A stretch of 64,000 bases of DNA from Macrostomum lignano (taxonomy: Eukaryota): NCBI GenBank assembly GCA_002269645.1, contig NIVC01000221.1:496001-560000 (forward strand), in the 5' to 3' direction. The notes under the pieces are model-generated. The model saw only the letters and a program-made list of their open reading frames with translations, did not search any database and was not told the origin of the DNA. The position numbers were made by a program, and so were the translations under genes. Of this stretch, positions 58,767 through 64,000 are shown in pieces. Position 1 is the first letter of the stretch. Every line of letters starts with the position of its first letter.

Positions 58767-59882
58767 TCAAGTGCAGAATGCCTCCAGCTGCCTCAGTTCG
58801 CTCTCCGTCAGCGCCTCTTTGGCAATCGCGTAGCATATGAAAGTGCCCTTGAATGCGGAGGACTCGTGGCTGTACCCAAGACGCAGGCACAGAGGGGGCC
58901 CGGAATATGCGCCGGAATCCTTGTGGACTTGTAGAATTTTGCCGTCGTGATACAGCTTGGCTTTACTGCTACCAGTGAACACGGCACCAATGGATAGAAA
59001 TTGGTCGGTGCCACCTTCGCTAATGACTTCCCCATCTGACTCGATATTCAATTTAGTTTCAGCGAGACCAGACACTGCCGGAAATGAGTGCTCGATTTCA
59101 AGGTTGCCGTTATTGATACCAAACACACCATGGGCACTTGTGCTTGAGCAGTCGTAGAGATAGTGATATGTCTGCTCATCTTGATGGGGTTCTCTCTTGA
59201 TTCGAGCATAGATAGTAAAGTTGCTGTCCTGTCCGAGAAATTCGGGCCCAAGTGAGTTGGATTCAGTGTCCACTTCGATGTAATTAACAGAACTGTCCGA
59301 TAAAAACCTGGCGCCCGTGGAGTCGCGGGTTACGGAGCCACTAGGAGAAGCGGCGTATTTTTTTGAGTCGACGAGGTTTGTGTATCCCTGCCTGAAGTCG
59401 AGCAGGATGACCAGCTTCTGAGCCAAAGTGACATTGAGTCCAATATTAATCGTATTCGTTTCAGGAGTAGTATCAGTCTGAGTGGATGTTTCTAAAGTTG
59501 AATTTTCCGTAATTTCTGTAGTGGGTGATTCGGTAGTCGCAGTGGTGGCATCCCCCGCATAGACGAACAGCATTGGCCATTTCACGTGACTCTCGCACAA
59601 GTTGTACTCCGATTCCTTCACTGGAGAGAAGAATTCATTGAGCTGATTCGAAGTTCCAAGAAAGCAGCTGGACGAAGAGTTTCGAAACAGCACGGTACAG
59701 TTGCGCCGAATCGCGCACTCGACGAAGCAGGCCCTGATGTCTGCAGCTCCATCCATTTTGTCCAGCTCATTGAGCTTTGAGGCAATTGGGCAAAGTGCTG
59801 ACTTTGTGAAGTTCACTAGCAGAGCTTCGGAGCAGTTGAATAGTTCAAGAGCAAACAAACATAGCAACAGCAAAGTTCTCAT
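58767..59882 (-). CDS. Secreted PAN + Thr/Glu-rich linker + LamG/ConA-like protein, copy 2 (intact, intronless, 371 aa)
   Basis: ATG 59882 MRTLLLLCLFALELFNCSEA; ACFVECAIRRNCTVLF...CFL; TTATTESPTTE linker; beta-rich C-terminal domain paralogous to copy 1. Confidence 0.8.
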   Translation of the reverse strand: MRTLLLLCLFALELFNCSEALLVNFTKSALCPIASKLNELDKMDGAADIRACFVECAIRRNCTVLFRNSSSSCFLGTSNQLNEFFSPVKESEYNLCESHVKWPMLFVYAGDATTATTESPTTEITENSTLETSTQTDTTPETNTINIGLNVTLAQKLVILLDFRQGYTNLVDSKKYAASPSGSVTRDSTGARFLSDSSVNYIEVDTESNSLGPEFLGQDSNFTIYARIKREPHQDEQTYHYLYDCSSTSAHGVFGINNGNLEIEHSFPAVSGLAETKLNIESDGEVISEGGTDQFLSIGAVFTGSSKAKLYHDGKILQVHKDSGAYSGPPLCLRLGYSHESSAFKGTFICYAIAKEALTESELRQLEAFCT

Positions 59883-60979
59883 ATTTGCTACCTTTGATAG
59901 CAAACTTTCCAATGAACAGATTTGCTTATTTGTGTGAGACCTATCTGCTAGAGCAAGCGGCAGTTAAAATACATTCTGAAGTCATGTTGTATAGCCCAAT
60001 CCCCAACTGCCATGTGTCAATTCACCCCGAGATATCCGGTCGATTAGTCCTAACTCTGCCACATACAATGGAACTCGCATCCGGCAGACAGGACAGCGGA
60101 CGTGTGTAATAGCTGAGGGTGTTGGGATAAAACTATAGGCTTTCCCATTTCCTCGCTTGCCTACGGAAAGATGCTTTGGGCCTGGTTTGATCAGTGTTCA
60201 GAATGATGTTTCCTGTGCGGCTATGCAGCGATAGTCTACTGGCGACTTGCTTTAGCATTTCCTGAACTGTTTCCTTGCATGAGCGTTTAGACAAACCTAT
60301 TGTTTGCTGCACGAATCGATATTCTTCCTTAGCTGGCTAAGAAACTGTGAGAGAGGTCCCAAAAATCGCGCGTTTCTTTATGACTCTGAAATTTATGGCC
60401 TGTCGCTAAAGATGCTGCTATGAAAAAGAAAGTGTGATATTTTAGCATTCTATGGTAAAAGTCCTGTAAAACCTTATGGTACTTTATAACAAGCAGAATT
60501 TCTGATTCAGTTAGGATTATGGAAAAAGCTAGGTGGATTCCAATATGGAAGTTTAACAAATAGTTTTACCAGTTACTCGAATTTTATGAATTATTAAACG
60601 ACTTTGGAAATATCAAAATATCAAATATAAAAATAGCATCAACAACCCTGTTCTATGGCTGATCCTGCTGCAGCGACCATGGGCTCTGATAAAGTTCAAG
60701 CCCCAAACATATACTTACGTCGAACGCATGCACATTATCTGAAGCTGTGTATGTCCCCTGGCATCGCGAGAAGCGAGGTTCTTCCGCTTGAGAGTCACTC
60801 AAGCGTTCGTCAATATGGGCGACCAACTGATGATGTAAGTAACTGACATTCGGTTCCTCTTAGTGCTTGCTTAAATATTTTAATAATTAATAGTTACTGA
60901 AACAGCTTTTCCTATATTGTTGGAATACGCTCGTACATTTGACTCGGTTTCTGGTAAACAATTCAAAAAATGAGCCCGA

Positions 60980-62760
60980 TAATTTCGGATCTTCAAAGTT
61001 CAATAGCATGCGAATGTCATAGTCTAACTTTTAGGGCCTTCTTGAACTTTAGGTAGATAAAATAGTTGCAGTTTCAATAGGATCATAATTTTGTCTCTAT
61101 AGGGGTTTTTGATGGTGCTGATTTCAAATTAGAGCTTCATTTTTTGTAGCTTAAAGCCAACCACCGGGATATGGGGAATGGGGGGTTTTAGGGTAGGGAG
61201 AATCTTCATGGGGATTGATTTTATGTACCTAAACTTCAATAGAGGCATAGGGGTCTATTGAAGATTAGGTAAATAACTTCAGAGACTGAGAGGGATGGGG
61301 GCAAGTCTCGGGGGGGGGAAGTCTCAAAGGGGGGGGGCTGACAACTACACAACTACCAACAACTGAGGCATGGGGAATGGGGGTGTTAGGGTGGGAGAAT
61401 CTTCATGGGGATTTATTTTATGTACCTAAACTTCAATAGAGGCATGGAGGTCTATTGAAGATTGGTAGATAAATTCGGAGACTGAGGGGGGTCCTAGGGG
61501 GAAAATTTAAATGAAGCTTAAATTAAAAATTCAACAATTTATCAAAGACACAACTATGGAGAAGAAATTATAATCCTATCAAAACTAATTGATATTAGCA
61601 GCTGTAGTTACCTTTGGAATGGAGACAACGCAGATTAGTAGAAATTAGTAGAGGTAAACAAGTAAAGAATGTACGGCTAGTGGTAATCAACAATGAGAGA
61701 ACAACAGCGAATCAAAAAGCGGGTGGCAAACCGTGAGTCAGCATTTTTAAAAACAGTAAACTGACATGGCACTCTTGCTGCACTATAACAAAGTGAAGAA
61801 AAATTAGAATAGACACTATTTTTTCAGAGATAAAACTCGAACGTTCTAAATGTTTTTTTAGAATAAATTCATCAAATTTTGGAAAACATTTACATTAGAA
61901 AGTTATGATTCTAAAAAAAGTTCAACTTTCAAACACACAATTCTCCAAAACTGCTTGGATCAAATTAACACTAGTTACATAGGAGATTAACAAATCGACC
62001 TCCTGTTACCTCAGAGAGTAATTTTTTGCAGTTTTTTTGCTTTATTATCATTTTGGACAGCCTCTAAGACTCTGGCGAAAGTTTCAGAAAAATCGGAAAA
62101 TTGGAAGTATTTTACGTACCTAAAGTTCAAGAAGGCCACTTTTAGACTCATTGAAGCAGGTTGTGTCGTTAGTTAATAATGGAAGCTTTAATCACTTGGC
62201 ATATTTTGAACGCTAACCTAAAAAATACACTGTCGGTTAATACTTAACGAGAGGCGCGTCACAGGGCGCGCCTCTGTGCTTCTGTTGCGCCTCCAACCGA
62301 ATCTTGCGCGCCTATTCTTGATGTTAGGGTGTCTGCAGCGCCATTAGCAATATCTGCACTGGTCCAATTGTGGACGGGATGATGTGACCTACCAGCTGTG
62401 AGTTTCCGACGGTGGGAATTCTTGAACTGTAAAGATTAGGTAGATAGTTCTTAGACCTTAATTAGGAGGGGTGCCATGACCAAATAGTCCATTAGCCAGG
62501 ACCAATATCTGGGGCACGGGCAATAGGGGTTTGATGAAGAGATTTTTTATGGGGTTCCTAGTGGGCATAGGGACCTATTAAAGATTAGGTAGAAATATCT
62601 CGGACCAACGGCCAAAAACCAGTGCATCGGGAATGAGGGATCTAGGGTAGATTTTTTGCTCTTTTGATCATTCTGGACACCTCCTAAATGCTTGGTGAAA
62701 GTTTCAAAAAGTGGTTAATCAGAAGTTTTTTATATACCTGAGTTTCAAGAAGGTCAAGAA
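60980..62760. repeat. Degenerate repeat of about 190 bp, several copies
   Basis: TTTTATGTACCTAAACTTCAATAGAGGCAT...TCTATTGAAGATT at about 61220 and 61415; weaker copies near 62110, 62570 and 62730. Confidence 0.6.
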
Positions 62761-62991
62761 GAGTCTTAAGCTACAGGATCTGCCTGCTTGCGTCAACGCT
62801 TCGGTTCCATGTGGGGTCGTGGGAGCTAAAACTGCTGAGGTACGAGTAGACGAACTGCTGATAACAGCCTCGATGTCGTCAGGCACAACGCAAAAGCGAT
62901 TTATCAACTTTCTAAATGCGTATCTAAATTGCTTGCAAGTATTGAGCCAAACAAATATTTGATTTTCTACATCTCCTTATTCCACAGAGCG

Positions 62992-63219
62992 ATGATCTGT
63001 CTAGGAAGTCTGCTGTTTGTCTGTCTTGTCATCGGCATGGTGCTGGGCATCCTGATCTGCTGCTGTGGAGTGGAGCTCTGCGTAACCTGCTTTGGTGGCA
63101 GGCAGCATGGACCTGTTGGCTACGGGTACAGCCCGAGTCCACACGGCGGTGGTGGCTCCTATCTTTTCTGCTGTTTGCCCTGCTGCTTTCAGGTCAACTG
63201 CACCAGAGGGCGAATGTAG
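62992..63219 (+). CDS. Small Cys-rich single-pass membrane protein (75 aa or last exon)
   Basis: Follows acceptor TTCCACAG; hydrophobic helix then ICCCG..C..C, Gly/Tyr/Pro linker, FCCLPCC; AT-rich 3' region. Confidence 0.55.
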   Translation: MICLGSLLFVCLVIGMVLGILICCCGVELCVTCFGGRQHGPVGYGYSPSPHGGGGSYLFCCLPCCFQVNCTRGRM

Positions 63220-63529
63220 ATGGCTTTAATATCAGACATATATTATTCCATTTCTATTATTCGCTATCGCGAGAGTCCGCAGAGATTTTATTAAACATTT
63301 GAAATGTTGTTTTGCTACCAATGCCAATTTATGTACAATGAGTGCTTTCCGCACTTTATTGAAAAATAATACACTGGCTTGAAAATACTATTTTTCGTTT
63401 TAACTTATCTTAAAGAGAATAGTTGTTTTTATTGGTGAATTCAAATGTGCAAATTATCTAATTTACAATATTGGATATTCTGTGTAATTGATTCTTGAAT
63501 GACTTGTGAAAATTCCACCAAAGTAAGGA

Positions 63530-64000
63530 TTAGTCGTATGGCAGGGAGTGAGGTGGCTGCACGAGCATGGGGTGTTTGTGCGGCGGGGAGTGAGGTGGCT
63601 GCAGGAGCATGGGGTGTTTGTGCGGCGGGGAGTGAGGTGGCTGCAGGAGCAAGAGGTGTTTGTGCGGCGGGGAGTGAGGTGGCTGCAGGAGCAAGAGGTG
63701 TTTGTGCGGCGGGGAGTGAGGTGGCTGCAGGAGCATGGGGCGTTTGTGCGGCGGGGAGTGAGGTGGCTGCAGGAGCATGGGGCGTTTGTGCGGCGGGGAG
63801 TGAGGTGGCTGCAGGAGCAAGAGGTGTTTGTGCGGCGGGGAGTGAGGTGGCTGCAGGAGCAAGAGGTGTTTGTGCGGCGGGGAGTGAGGTGGCTGCAGGA
63901 GCAAGAGGTGTTTGTGCGGCGGGGAGTGAGGTGGCTGCAGGAGCAAGAGGTCTTTGTGCGGCGGGGAGTGAGGTGGCTGCAGGAGCAAGAGGTCTTTGTG
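63530..64000. repeat. 42-bp minisatellite, about 11 units, continuing past the window end
   Basis: GCGGCGGGGAGTGAGGTGGCTGCAGGAGCAAGAGGTGTTTGT units. Confidence 0.96.

Overview
Eukaryotic, repeat-rich invertebrate DNA with short GT-AG introns. Many minisatellites and the transposon mix suggest a flatworm such as Macrostomum, but that is inference only. The host genes form a cluster of small secreted, lectin-like proteins that share a Cys-containing PAN/apple-like module. There are six WSC+PAN-like paralogs (four intact, two degraded), one PAN+F-type lectin gene and two intronless PAN+LamG-like genes (one frameshifted), plus a small Cys-rich membrane-protein ORF. Mobile elements are interleaved: an intact THAP/P-superfamily transposon (TIRs, 7-bp TSD), a 7.2-kb CACTA/Mirage-type element (2-bp TSD, nonsense-interrupted transposase, spliced second gene), hAT and Tc1/mariner-type MITEs, an RNase H-bearing LINE fragment, two BEL/Pao remnants, two Crypton-like tyrosine recombinase remnants, tRNA-derived SINEs and Penelope-type minimal hammerhead ribozymes. 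Highlights: (1) a 28-bp minisatellite whose unit is the last 8 codons plus most of the stop codon of the WSC-PAN genes, present at about 0, 1, 3-4, 16 and 19 copies behind different paralogs; (2) a 350-bp TSD-flanked mini-element with two perfectly inverted hammerhead ribozymes between divergently oriented lectin genes; (3) PAN-module shuffling at phase-1 introns, with co-varying extra cysteines. All domain calls come from motif recognition by eye, not from database searches.
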